Shown here: positions 1 to 9,878 of the stretch, piece after piece
How positions within the stretch are numbered: position 1 is the first letter of the stretch
Layout of the letters: each line of letters starts with the position of its first letter
Origin: Candidatus Amulumruptor caecigallinarius
GTDB taxonomy: Bacteria; Bacteroidota; Bacteroidia; Bacteroidales; Muribaculaceae
Assembly (NCBI GenBank): GCA_023665575.1
Contig: JAMPDQ010000004.1
Location: 11,430-75,429 of the forward strand
Length of the DNA: 64,000 bases
Direction of reading: 5' to 3'
Notes under the pieces: generated by a model
Told to the model about the DNA's origin: nothing
The model's database searches: none
What the model saw: only the letters and a program-made list of their open reading frames with translations
Made by a program: the position numbers and the translations under genes

Positions 1-1
1 G

Positions 2-703
2 CACCTTGTAAAAGGACTGATTGACGAGAATGGCCGCGACTCTGTGCTTAAAATACAATATATCCGCGACAGCATCTGCTCACGCAAAACGGCCCGAATG
101 GTGCGCGAATGCATTAAGGAGGTGGTGTGGGGAGATCATGGTACAGCCCGCATGGTGAGAGATGACCGTGTGACAATCGCCGGGAAAACCGGCACCGCAT
201 ATCCCGTGGAAAAAGGTGTCTACAATAAAGCAAAGCGCCGCTATGCCTTTGCCGGCTTCTTCCCCTATGAAAATCCGCAATACAGCTGCATGGTGCTTGT
301 ATTGTCGGGGGCCGGCAATTCAGCCAACCGCACAAGCGGCCAAGTGCTGAAAAACATGGCCGTCAAGATGTATTCCAGAGGCATGCTCAACAATGCGTCC
401 ACATACACAGCCGAACGCAAAGGCTCGGCACCGCTCATCAATGCCTCCGACAAGGGGAATTACAGGCAGGTGGCCAAAGCTGTCGGAGCACAGGGCGTGA
501 AGAGGGTGAAGGTTGCGCCGCCGGCATCAGGTCCCGGGGTGCCTGATGTGAAGGGCTATGATGCAGCTTCTGCAGTCAGGATGCTTGAGCAAAAGGGGCT
601 GAATGTGACTGTGAGAGGATGCGGCAGTGTTGTGGGGCAGTCGCTGCCGGCCGGAAGCAATTTCAAAAGAGGAGATAAAATCACACTGACTCTTAAAGTG
701 TAA
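2..703 (+). CDS. ftsI: Penicillin-binding protein 3 (FtsI-type transpeptidase), C-terminal fragment; 5' end lies outside the window
   Basis: Frame is open to the window edge (the listed ORF 44..703 starts at an internal GTG). KTGTA (KTG box) motif. C-terminal PASTA-like segment VPDVKGY...GDKITLTLKV. First gene of the dcw cluster. Confidence 0.85.
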   Translation, partial: HLVKGLIDENGRDSVLKIQYIRDSICSRKTARMVRECIKEVVWGDHGTARMVRDDRVTIAGKTGTAYPVEKGVYNKAKRRYAFAGFFPYENPQYSCMVLVLSGAGNSANRTSGQVLKNMAVKMYSRGMLNNASTYTAERKGSAPLINASDKGNYRQVAKAVGAQGVKRVKVAPPASGPGVPDVKGYDAASAVRMLEQKGLNVTVRGCGSVVGQSLPAGSNFKRGDKITLTLKV

Positions 704-778
704 ACATGACCTCGTTGCAAACAGCGTAAGGACAATTTCAGAATAACAAAAGGGTGAAACCCGCAAAAAATAAAGACG

Positions 779-2236
779 ATGACAATGAAATTATCACGGC
801 TGCTCGAAGATATCAAGCCGATAGAAGTTATAGGAGATACCGATAAAAACATCATATCTCTGCAAAGCGATTCGCGAAAAGCGGAGAAAGAGGGGATGTT
901 TGTAGCTGTAAGAGGAGTAACCACTGACGGCCACAAATACATTCCCATGGTGGCAAGCGCGCATGTGGCTGCCATTGTGTGTGAGGAATTGCCCGCCACA
1001 ATAGTGAAAGGAATCACCTACATTGTGGTAAAGGATTCTGCAGAGGCTCTCGGCCTGCTGGCTTCGGCATGGTATGGCCATCCTTCAAGCAAGCTCAGTC
1101 TTGTGGGAGTGACCGGCACAAATGGGAAAACCACCACCGCTACCCTACTCTACGAGATGGCCAAGCTTGAGGGCTACAAGGCCGGATTGCTCTCCACCGT
1201 GTGCAATTACATTATGGATCGGGCCATACCCACCACCCACACCACACCCGACCCTCTCACACTCAACGAGCTACTCAGCGAGATGGTGGAGGCCGGATGT
1301 GACTATGCCTTCATGGAGGTGTCGAGTCATGCCGCGCAGCAGAAGCGCATTGCCGGGCTGAAATTCCGAGGTGGAATATTTTCTAATCTCACACGCGACC
1401 ATCTCGATTATCATGGCACAGTGGAGAACTATATGAACGCCAAAAAGATGTTTTTTGACGCTCTTGATGAAGATGCGTTCGCACTTGTCAATATCGATGA
1501 CAAGGCCGGGAAATATATGGTTCAGAACACACGCGCAAAAGTATATACCTACAGTCTGCGCAGCGAGGCTGATTTCCGATGCAAGATATTGGAAACACGT
1601 CTTGACGGCACACTTTTGCAGCTTAACGGAAAAGAAATAGAGGTGGGATTCACCGGGCGTTTCAACGCCTACAATCTCACGGCGGTATATGGAGCCGCGA
1701 TACTCACCGGATTCAACGAAGAAGAGGTGGCCGTCAATATGAGCAGGCTTGTGCCTGTGGCCGGACGCTTCCAGACATTCCGTTCGCCGGCCGGTGTCAC
1801 AGCAATTGTAGACTATGCCCACACACCGGATGCACTGGTCAATGTGCTTGACACGATACGCGAGGTGGTGGGCGCCGATGGCCACATCACAACAGTGGTA
1901 GGAGCAGGCGGCAATCGTGACCACGGCAAGCGCCCGATTATGGCACGCGAGGCCGCATGCCGCAGCGACCTGCTGATTCTCACCAGCGACAACCCGCGCA
2001 ACGAAGATCCCGGGGAGATAATTCGCATGATGCGCGATGGACTGAGCAGCGACGAGCTGAAACGCACCATTTGCCTCACCGACCGTCGCGAGGCAATTCG
2101 CACAGCCATTAAAACAGCGCGGCCCGGAAGCGTGGTGCTTGTGGCCGGAAAGGGGCATGAGCCGTATCAGGAAGTGAATGGAGTGAAACATCATTTCGAC
2201 GACCGCGAAGAGGTGCAGGCCGCATTTGGAGAATAA
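779..2236 (+). CDS. murE: UDP-N-acetylmuramoyl-L-alanyl-D-glutamate--2,6-diaminopimelate ligase
   Basis: Mur ligase P-loop [19 protein letters not shown] motif near the C-terminus. Position after ftsI in the dcw cluster. Confidence 0.95.
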   Translation: MTMKLSRLLEDIKPIEVIGDTDKNIISLQSDSRKAEKEGMFVAVRGVTTDGHKYIPMVASAHVAAIVCEELPATIVKGITYIVVKDSAEALGLLASAWYGHPSSKLSLVGVTGTNGKTTTATLLYEMAKLEGYKAGLLSTVCNYIMDRAIPTTHTTPDPLTLNELLSEMVEAGCDYAFMEVSSHAAQQKRIAGLKFRGGIFSNLTRDHLDYHGTVENYMNAKKMFFDALDEDAFALVNIDDKAGKYMVQNTRAKVYTYSLRSEADFRCKILETRLDGTLLQLNGKEIEVGFTGRFNAYNLTAVYGAAILTGFNEEEVAVNMSRLVPVAGRFQTFRSPAGVTAIVDYAHTPDALVNVLDTIREVVGADGHITTVVGAGGNRDHGKRPIMAREAACRSDLLILTSDNPRNEDPGEIIRMMRDGLSSDELKRTICLTDRREAIRTAIKTARPGSVVLVAGKGHEPYQEVNGVKHHFDDREEVQAAFGE

Positions 2237-2270
2237 GAGGTTGATTTATAATCATTAACCATCACAAAAA

Positions 2271-3539
2271 ATGTTATACTGGCTGTCTCAAATATTGGAA
2301 GGATGGGATTTCCCGGGACACAATCTGATGAACTATATCAGCTTTCGTGCGGGAGTCACATTTGCGTTGTCACTGCTAATCGGGCTGGTGTTCGGACACA
2401 AGATTATAGCCCGACTGCAGAAAATGCAGATTGGGGAAGAGGTGCGCAATCTCGGCCTGGAAGGGCAACTTCAGAAAAAAGGCACCCCCACCATGGGAGG
2501 CATTATCATAATACTGGCGATTCTGGTTCCCTGCTTGCTGTTGGGCAACTTGCGCAACATCTACATGCTGCTTATGATCACAGCCACAGTCTGGATGGGT
2601 GTGATTGGCTTTCTCGATGACTATCGCAAACTCAAATTCCACAACAAAGACGGGTTGAAAGGGAAATACAAAGTGACGGGGCAAGTTGGCCTCGGACTCC
2701 TTGTGGGCATCACCATGTGGCTCTCCCCCTCCATCACCATGAGTGAGAATTTCGAGGTTGAGAATGTCGGAAGCGAAGAGACCGAGGTTGTTGTGTCGAA
2801 GGAGGAAATCAAATCGCCGCAAACCACAATACCATTTGTAAAAAACAACAACTTCAACTATATGGACCTCACCTCCTGGATATCCGACAGGCACACTGCC
2901 GAAACGCTTGGCTGGCTCGTGTTTGTGCTGGTGGTGGTGGTAGTTGTGACAGCGGTCAGCAACGGCGCCAACCTCACCGACGGCATTGACGGGCTTTGCG
3001 CCGGCACGAGCGCCATAATCGGTGTGGCACTTCTCATCATGGGCTATCTGGGCGGGAACATCATCTATGCCAGCTATCTGAACATCATGTATATTCCCGG
3101 CTCGGAGGAGCTTGTGGTGTTCGCCGCGGCATTCATCGGAGCCCTTGTAGGCTTTTTGTGGTATAACGCCTACCCGGCACAAGTGTTTATGGGCGACACC
3201 GGCAGCCTCACCTTAGGAGGAATTCTGGCAGTGTTTGCCATTCTTATTCGTAAAGAATTGCTGATACCGATGCTGTGCCTGATATTCTTCCTGGAGGATC
3301 TTTCGGTGATATTGCAGGTGGGATATTTTAAATACACAAAAAAGAAATATGGCGAAGGACGGCGCATATTCAAGATGACACCGCTTCACCATCATTTTCA
3401 GCGTGCGGCAGTCACAGAGGGACAAGTGAAATGGAACCGGCCCGTGAATCCCATAGCTGAGCCCAAGATTGTGACGCGCTTTTGGATTGTGGGCATATTG
3501 CTTGCCGCCTTGACATTCGTGACATTAAAAATAAGATAA
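2271..3539 (+). CDS. mraY: Phospho-N-acetylmuramoyl-pentapeptide transferase
   Basis: Polytopic membrane protein with FLDDYRKL, VFMGDTGSL and PLHHHF motifs. dcw position. Confidence 0.95.
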   Translation: MLYWLSQILEGWDFPGHNLMNYISFRAGVTFALSLLIGLVFGHKIIARLQKMQIGEEVRNLGLEGQLQKKGTPTMGGIIIILAILVPCLLLGNLRNIYMLLMITATVWMGVIGFLDDYRKLKFHNKDGLKGKYKVTGQVGLGLLVGITMWLSPSITMSENFEVENVGSEETEVVVSKEEIKSPQTTIPFVKNNNFNYMDLTSWISDRHTAETLGWLVFVLVVVVVVTAVSNGANLTDGIDGLCAGTSAIIGVALLIMGYLGGNIIYASYLNIMYIPGSEELVVFAAAFIGALVGFLWYNAYPAQVFMGDTGSLTLGGILAVFAILIRKELLIPMLCLIFFLEDLSVILQVGYFKYTKKKYGEGRRIFKMTPLHHHFQRAAVTEGQVKWNRPVNPIAEPKIVTRFWIVGILLAALTFVTLKIR

Positions 3540-3562
3540 TTTAGAAACTTTTTCATAAAAGC

Positions 3563-4903
3563 ATGAAAAACAAACTGGTGATACTCGGCGGAGGAGAGAG
3601 TGGTGTCGGTGCCGCTGTGCTCGGCAAAGAGAAAGGGATGAATGTGATTCTCAGCGACAGCGGAAAAATCGCTGACAAATATCGCAAAATGCTTGAAGCC
3701 GAAGGTATAGATTATGAAGAGGGAGGCCACACGGAAGAGCGGCTTCTTGATGCCGATATTGTGATAAAAAGTCCGGGCATTCCGCCCTACGCACCCCTTG
3801 TGAAGAAATTCATTGAGAAAGGCACTCCGGTGCTTTCAGAGATAGAATTCGCAGGGCGATATACAGATGCAAAAATGGTATGCATCACCGGCAGCAACGG
3901 CAAAACCACCACTACCCTACTTACATATCACATTCTGAAAGAAGCCGGGCTCAATGTGGGCCTTGCAGGCAATGTGGGCAAAAGCCTCGCCTTGCAGGTG
4001 GCACGCGAACATCATGACGTGTATGTGATTGAGCTTTCGAGCTTCCAGCTTGAAAACATGTATGACTTCCGCGCCGATATAGCTGTAATCACCAACATCA
4101 CACCCGACCATCTTGACCGTTACGACCACAAGATGGAGAACTATGTGGCCGCAAAATTCAGGATTTTGCAGAATCAGCGTCCCGAAGATTATTTCATATA
4201 TTGGCAAGATGACCCGATTGTGAAAGAGCAGATTCGCCACTTGCAGATAGAAGCGATGCAACTCCCCTTCAGCGAATTTAAGGAAGAGGGGGCGAAAGCC
4301 TATGTGGAAAACGGCATTGTCAAGTTTGAGACGCCGCGCGAAGTGTGGGATATTCCCCGCGACAAGCTCTCATTGGCGGGATTGCACAATCTCTACAACT
4401 CCATGGCAGCCGGGCTGTCAGCCTCACTGTTTGACATAAAGAAAGAGAGTATACGCCGGTCGCTTATGGATTTTGAGGCTGTGGAGCATCGTCTGGAATA
4501 TGTGGCCACCATTGACGGGGTGAGATATATCAACGACAGCAAGGCAACCAATGTGAATTCTACATGGTATGCCCTTGAAAGCATGACGGCTCCCACCGTG
4601 CTCATTCTTGGCGGCAAAGACAAAGGCAACGACTACAGCGAGATTGAACAGCTTGTGAAAGAGCGTGTGAAAGCCATTGTGTGCATGGGAAAAGATAATG
4701 GGAAGCTGCTCGACTTTTTTACGGGCAAGGTGAAAGAGATTCGCGACACACATTCGGTAGAAGAGGCTGTGAAGGCATGCCGCGAGCTTGCCGCCCCCGG
4801 CGACACAGTGTTGCTCTCGCCATGTTGCGCCAGCTTTGACCTCTTCACAAGTTATGAGAACCGTGGCGAACTTTTTAAAGAGGCCGTTAAAAATCTTGAA
4901 TGA
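3563..4903 (+). CDS. murD: UDP-N-acetylmuramoylalanine--D-glutamate ligase
   Basis: N-terminal Rossmann motif ILGGGESGVGAA. Mur ligase P-loop ITGSNGKTTT. dcw position. Confidence 0.95.
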   Translation: MKNKLVILGGGESGVGAAVLGKEKGMNVILSDSGKIADKYRKMLEAEGIDYEEGGHTEERLLDADIVIKSPGIPPYAPLVKKFIEKGTPVLSEIEFAGRYTDAKMVCITGSNGKTTTTLLTYHILKEAGLNVGLAGNVGKSLALQVAREHHDVYVIELSSFQLENMYDFRADIAVITNITPDHLDRYDHKMENYVAAKFRILQNQRPEDYFIYWQDDPIVKEQIRHLQIEAMQLPFSEFKEEGAKAYVENGIVKFETPREVWDIPRDKLSLAGLHNLYNSMAAGLSASLFDIKKESIRRSLMDFEAVEHRLEYVATIDGVRYINDSKATNVNSTWYALESMTAPTVLILGGKDKGNDYSEIEQLVKERVKAIVCMGKDNGKLLDFFTGKVKEIRDTHSVEEAVKACRELAAPGDTVLLSPCCASFDLFTSYENRGELFKEAVKNLE

Positions 4904-4923
4904 CTGTTTCATAATAAACTAAG

Positions 4924-6429
4924 ATGGAAAAGGGAAAAAGAACCACAAAAGGCTCTGTGACTACAGAAGAGCTTATAGAAGACCTTGAGCAGCTTGAAAT
5001 TGTTGAGACAATTGACGGCATGGAAACCGGAAGTGCATCCGAGAAACCGGCCGGAACGCGTGAAAATGGAGAGAAGACTGTGAATGCGGAAGCATCGCAT
5101 AAATCTGACGGGCCAAAACAACAGGCATTGATAAAGAAAAAAGGAAACCCTGATCCCTATATTTGGGGAATCTATATCATGCTGCTTGTGATCAGCGTGG
5201 TGGAGCTCTTCAGCGCTTCGGCCACAGAGGTGTCGGGGTCGAATGTATACGGGCCGTTGATTCGCCATGGCATGTTCCTGCTACTGGGCCTGGGGATTGT
5301 GCTGTGGTTGCAGAAAACCCCATATACGCTGTTTAATAAATTTGCATGGATATTTGCCATAATGTCGTTGGGATTGCTGCTGATATCCTCCTTCATCGGG
5401 GTGGAAATCAATGGTGCGCAGCGAGCCATACGCGTTGCCGGGATGACCATCCAGCCGGCTGAGATAGTGAAACTCACAGTGGTATGTCTGCTTGCATCCA
5501 TACTGGGTAAAAACCAGACACCCGGAGGAGTCACCAACAAAGGGGTATTCACGGCGGCGACAGTAGTGATTCTGTTTGGAGCATGTTTATGGCGCAACGG
5601 ACTGACCAACACTATTCTGCTCATGTGTGTCAGCATTTGTTTGATGATGATTGGCGGCATCCAATGGAAAAAATTCGCATTGGTGCTGGCTATCTACGGA
5701 TGTGCCGGGGGGGCGCTGGCGATAGTAAAATACAGCACACCGAGTTCCAACGCATATGACAGTGTGTCGGAACGACAGGAAATGATGGCAAGCATCGAAG
5801 GAGGGGTGATAATGACATCCGGTGGCGATGCCGGCGGAAAAGGTATTGACCGAACCGGCACACAGAAGTCGAGAATTAAGCGTTTTTTTGAGGGCGTGCA
5901 TCCCAATGACCCGATTGATGACATGAACAGGCAGGTGATATTTGCTAAATTTGCCCAGGCCAATGGCGGGCTCATAGGTCAGGGTCCCGGCAATTCGCGT
6001 GAAAGTGCGCGTCTGCCGCTTGCATTTTCCGACTATATCTATTCCATCATCGTGGAAGACACCGGATTTGTGGGAGGAGCAGCCGTGCTGCTGCTGTTTC
6101 TGCTGCTGTTGGCGAGAGCCGGGCGCATAGCCTACAAGTGTTCGCGTGCATTCCCCGCATTCCTGATATTGGGATGCGCGGTGATGATAGTGTTTCAAGC
6201 CCTTGTGCACATGGCTATAGTGACGGGACTTTTCCCTGTGTCGGGACAGCCACTACCCTTCATTTCCAAAGGCGGCACATCAGTGCTGGTTATGTCGACA
6301 GCAATCGGGATTATGCTTTCTGTAAGCAGATTTGCCGCTCATTCAGGTGATAAGAAACAAATAAAGGCAGAGATATCGGCGCTTCCTGAAGATATGCAGG
6401 CAGCCAACTTCTCTGCAGTCAACAAATAA
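4924..6429 (+). CDS. ftsW: SEDS-family peptidoglycan glycosyltransferase FtsW
   Basis: Multi-pass membrane protein with SGQPLPFISKGGTS motif. Lies between murD and murG. Carries a charged N-terminal extension of about 75 aa. Confidence 0.9.
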   Translation: MEKGKRTTKGSVTTEELIEDLEQLEIVETIDGMETGSASEKPAGTRENGEKTVNAEASHKSDGPKQQALIKKKGNPDPYIWGIYIMLLVISVVELFSASATEVSGSNVYGPLIRHGMFLLLGLGIVLWLQKTPYTLFNKFAWIFAIMSLGLLLISSFIGVEINGAQRAIRVAGMTIQPAEIVKLTVVCLLASILGKNQTPGGVTNKGVFTAATVVILFGACLWRNGLTNTILLMCVSICLMMIGGIQWKKFALVLAIYGCAGGALAIVKYSTPSSNAYDSVSERQEMMASIEGGVIMTSGGDAGGKGIDRTGTQKSRIKRFFEGVHPNDPIDDMNRQVIFAKFAQANGGLIGQGPGNSRESARLPLAFSDYIYSIIVEDTGFVGGAAVLLLFLLLLARAGRIAYKCSRAFPAFLILGCAVMIVFQALVHMAIVTGLFPVSGQPLPFISKGGTSVLVMSTAIGIMLSVSRFAAHSGDKKQIKAEISALPEDMQAANFSAVNK

Positions 6430-6442
6430 GGCTCTGTTTTAA

Positions 6443-7540
6443 ATGAAAAACAAATATCGGATCCTCATAAGTGGCGGTGGCACCGGCGGACACATCTTCC
6501 CCGCCCTCTCAATAGCCAACGCACTTAAAAGGCGTGTAGACGCCGACATACTGTTTGTAGGTGCGGAAAACCGCATGGAGATGGAAAAAGTGCCTGCCGC
6601 GGGCTATCCTGTCATGGGTCTCCCGGTGGCGGGATTTGACCGCAAACGGTTATGGCGCAACTTCGGAGTGCTTGTTAAATTGCGCAAGAGCATGTCAAAA
6701 GCAAAAGAGATAGTGAAGGAATTCAAGCCAGACATAGCCATAGGTGTGGGAGGATACTGCTCCGGTCCGACATTGAAAGCGGCACAGAAGGCGGGAGTGC
6801 CCACACTGTTGCAGGAACAAAACTCATATGCGGGTGTCACCAACAAGCTGCTGGCAAAGAAAGCACGCAAAATATGCGTTGCCTACGACAATATGGAGCG
6901 TTTCTTTCCGGCAGAAAAGATTATAAAGACAGGCAACCCCGTGCGTAAGGATTTGAGCGACAAAATCCGTGACAAAGAGAAGGCACGTCAGAGCTTTGGT
7001 CTTGACCCCGACAAGGCCACTATATTTGTGACCGGAGGGTCGCTCGGAGCGCTCACCATCAACGAAAGCGTGGCATTCGGACTGCGCGAGCTGACATCGC
7101 ATGGTTATCAGGTGATTCTTCAAACCGGAAAAAGCTTTGCTGAAAAAGGGAGACAGATGGCCAAAGGGCTGAAGGGAGTGGTGGTTACACCCTTCGTCAG
7201 CGATATGGGGTCTGCATATGCAGCAGCCGACCTGGTGGTGTCGCGTGCCGGTGCCGGCTCCATCAGCGAGCTCGAGTTGCTTGGCAAGCCCTGCATATTG
7301 GTGCCATCGCCCAATGTGGCAGAAGACCATCAGACAAAAAATGCGCAGGCACTTGTCAACGCCGGAGCAGCAGTGATGGTGGCAGATGCAGATGCACGCA
7401 GAACGCTTGTCGGAGAAATCATACGCCTTATGGGCAATAAAAAGCAGCTTGCGGAAATGTCGCAAAAAATCTGCTCAATGTCGATGCGCAACAGTGATGA
7501 ACTGATAGTGGATGAAATATTGAAAATAATCGGGAAATGA
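6443..7540 (+). CDS. murG: UDP-N-acetylglucosamine--N-acetylmuramyl-(pentapeptide) pyrophosphoryl-undecaprenol GlcNAc transferase
   Basis: N-terminal GGGTGGHIFPALSIA motif. dcw position. Confidence 0.95.
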   Translation: MKNKYRILISGGGTGGHIFPALSIANALKRRVDADILFVGAENRMEMEKVPAAGYPVMGLPVAGFDRKRLWRNFGVLVKLRKSMSKAKEIVKEFKPDIAIGVGGYCSGPTLKAAQKAGVPTLLQEQNSYAGVTNKLLAKKARKICVAYDNMERFFPAEKIIKTGNPVRKDLSDKIRDKEKARQSFGLDPDKATIFVTGGSLGALTINESVAFGLRELTSHGYQVILQTGKSFAEKGRQMAKGLKGVVVTPFVSDMGSAYAAADLVVSRAGAGSISELELLGKPCILVPSPNVAEDHQTKNAQALVNAGAAVMVADADARRTLVGEIIRLMGNKKQLAEMSQKICSMSMRNSDELIVDEILKIIGK

Positions 7541-8925
7541 AAAAAAAAGGGAAACTCTATTTTGTGGGTGCCGGTGGCATTGGGATGGCCAATCTTGTGA
7601 GATATTATCTGCGTCACGGGGCGAGAGTGGCCGGTTATGACAGAACACCGAGCATACTGACGCACAATCTTGAGAAAGAGGGTGCAATTCTCACATATAC
7701 CGACAGCGAGGAAGAGATTCCGGAAGAATTCAGAGATGCGGCCGACACACTGGTAGTGTATACACCGGCAGTACCCAAGGAGAATAAAATATTGCATTAT
7801 TTCCGCAGCCACGGATTCGAAGTGGTGAAACGCGCCGCACTGTTAGGCAAGATAACGCGCCACACCGACAGCATCTGCGTAGCGGGGAGTCATGGCAAGA
7901 CCACCACGAGCTCCATGATAGCCAATATAATGCGCAACAGCGAGGCCGGCTGCACGGCATTTCTGGGAGGGATTCTCCGCAATGTAGACAGCAATCTGGT
8001 GCTCAACGAAAAATCTGATGTGACAGTGATAGAGGCTGACGAATATGACCGTTCATTTCATCAACTCACACCTCACATTGCAGTGATTACATCAACCGAC
8101 CCTGATCATCTCGACATATATGGCGACGAGGCACACTATCTTGAGGCCTTCAGCATATACAGCAGTCTGATAAGGCCGGGCGGCAAACTGCTCCTGCACA
8201 CCGGGCTGAAAATGAAGCCGGCCGTAGGAGAGGATGTAACTGTGGAAACCTACAGCGGGCAAGCTGAAGGCGACTGGCATGCGGAAGACATAAAAATAGG
8301 CAATGGGACAATATCATTCACATTGGTGACACCCCGGGGGAAAAGGATAGAGAATCTTAGCCCCGGCGTGCCGGTGGAAATCAATATAGACAATGCGGTT
8401 GCCGCGGCGGCAGCTGCGCTGAGTGCGGGTGCTACAGAGGAGGATGTGCGCAAAGGACTGGCGGAATTCAAGGGAGCGAAGCGCCGCTTTGAAGTGAGAC
8501 TCAACGGCAGCGAGCGCCCCGGAGGGCCGGTGCTGATAGATGATTATGCACACTCTCCGAATGAAATTCGCGCATCCATACAATCTGTGAGGAAGCTTTA
8601 TCCCGGAAAAAAGCTTAGTGTGATATTCCAGCCCCACCTGTACACACGCACCCGCGACTTCGCCGGCGAATTTGCCGAAGCACTGAGCCATGCAGATGAA
8701 GTGATAATGCCGGAGATTTATCCTGCACGCGAAGAGCCGATAGAGGGCATCACGAGCGAGACAATACTTCGCGATGTAAAAAGCAGAGAAAAAAGCTACT
8801 GCGAGAGAAAAGATTTGTTGAATAAGATAAAAAATAGTAATTTTGAAATTCTGATGACGTTGGGAGCCGCCGACATAGACACATTGTTGCCTGAAATGGA
8901 AGCGATACTGGCCAACCGATTGTGA
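7537..8925 (+). CDS. murC: UDP-N-acetylmuramate--L-alanine ligase
   Basis: GAGGIGM and Mur ligase P-loop AGSHGKTTTSSM. ATGA overlap with the murG stop. The stop codon sits at the first bases of the repeat element that follows. Confidence 0.95.
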   Translation: MKKKGKLYFVGAGGIGMANLVRYYLRHGARVAGYDRTPSILTHNLEKEGAILTYTDSEEEIPEEFRDAADTLVVYTPAVPKENKILHYFRSHGFEVVKRAALLGKITRHTDSICVAGSHGKTTTSSMIANIMRNSEAGCTAFLGGILRNVDSNLVLNEKSDVTVIEADEYDRSFHQLTPHIAVITSTDPDHLDIYGDEAHYLEAFSIYSSLIRPGGKLLLHTGLKMKPAVGEDVTVETYSGQAEGDWHAEDIKIGNGTISFTLVTPRGKRIENLSPGVPVEINIDNAVAAAAAALSAGATEEDVRKGLAEFKGAKRRFEVRLNGSERPGGPVLIDDYAHSPNEIRASIQSVRKLYPGKKLSVIFQPHLYTRTRDFAGEFAEALSHADEVIMPEIYPAREEPIEGITSETILRDVKSREKSYCERKDLLNKIKNSNFEILMTLGAADIDTLLPEMEAILANRL

Positions 8926-9041
8926 CCGATGAGATTGGATAAAACAGCCAAAAAGAATCCGGACTCAGCTCATGCATGCGACCCCTAATGTTAATTTTTT
9001 TACGAAACAGACTCTGAATTTTTTACGAAACAGACTCTGAA
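8922..9041. mobile_element. Partial copy of the MITE-like repeat family (internal segment plus one terminal inverted repeat), with its terminal 23 bp tandemly duplicated
   Basis: 8922-8957 is the reverse complement of the ...TTCTTTTTGGCTGATTTATCCAATCTCGCC..TCAC internal segment of the copies at 23981 and 34222. 8971-9018 is CATGCATGCGACCCCTAATGTTAATTTTTTTACGAAACAGACTCTGAA (a TIR). 8996-9018 and 9019-9041 are identical 23-mers. Confidence 0.8.
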
Positions 9042-9857
9042 ATGAAGCCGGGGAAATTGAAAATATTCAAATGGAGCATACTTGCTTTGCTGACAGGCTA
9101 TATGGCCGTAATGGCTGTATGGGCCAACACTGAGGCGCACAAGCATGTCTGCACCGGCATGATAATAGAAGTGGAAGGGAACACTCCGCTTGGCAATGTG
9201 ATACAGAGAGGTGTAAAAGAGGAATTGCGGGGCTATCCCACCAGGATAGTCGGCACTCCCCTACACAATATCAACACTGTTGAGATAGAGCGTTATCTCA
9301 CAAGTCTCAGCAATTTCGAGAGTGTGAGCTGCATGATTACATCGCGTGGAGAGCTGTTGGTGAAGATTGTGCCACTGATACCGGTGATGCGGGTGTTTTT
9401 TGCCGACAATTCTTATTACATCAACAAAGAGGGGCGCCATATAGAAAGCAATGCTGAATTCTTCAGTGATGTTCCGGTGGTGACCGGCAGATTCAACAGA
9501 AATTTTCAGCCGAAAGATTTGCTTCCGGTGGTGAATTATTTAAAAAATGATGGAGAACTCAGAGAGATAGTGAGCATGATTAATGCGGAAGACCCACACA
9601 ACATCATGCTGATTCCGCGCATACGGGGGCATGTGGTGAACATTGGCGACACAACGGATTTGAGCTCAAAGAAGCATGCCCTGATGCTCTTCTATAAGGA
9701 GGTGATTCCTTACAAAGGGTGGGAGGAATATGACACTATTTCGGTGAAATTCAAGGGGCAGGTGGTTGCAACCCGCCGCGATAAAAGCAAACTTAACCAT
9801 TCGGAAGAATATATTGAGGAAGAGGATTTGGAGGAGGGCACATTGCCCGAAAATTGA
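9042..9857 (+). CDS. ftsQ: Cell division protein FtsQ
   Basis: Single N-terminal transmembrane segment followed by a periplasmic domain. Conserved position between murC and ftsA. Confidence 0.8.
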   Translation: MKPGKLKIFKWSILALLTGYMAVMAVWANTEAHKHVCTGMIIEVEGNTPLGNVIQRGVKEELRGYPTRIVGTPLHNINTVEIERYLTSLSNFESVSCMITSRGELLVKIVPLIPVMRVFFADNSYYINKEGRHIESNAEFFSDVPVVTGRFNRNFQPKDLLPVVNYLKNDGELREIVSMINAEDPHNIMLIPRIRGHVVNIGDTTDLSSKKHALMLFYKEVIPYKGWEEYDTISVKFKGQVVATRRDKSKLNHSEEYIEEEDLEEGTLPEN

Positions 9858-9878
9858 CCCCGTTACAAAAGAAATATT

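Noticed and set aside
1271-2194. A long antisense ORF (307 aa) inside murE. Similar ones are 11344..12069 in ftsZ, 40959..41675 in lepB, 57315..58181 in mfd and 5587..6210 in ftsW.
   Set aside because: Each lies fully within a confidently identified housekeeping gene on the opposite strand. Their translations are low-complexity or Arg/His/Cys-rich and carry no motifs. Such shadow ORFs are expected at this GC content.
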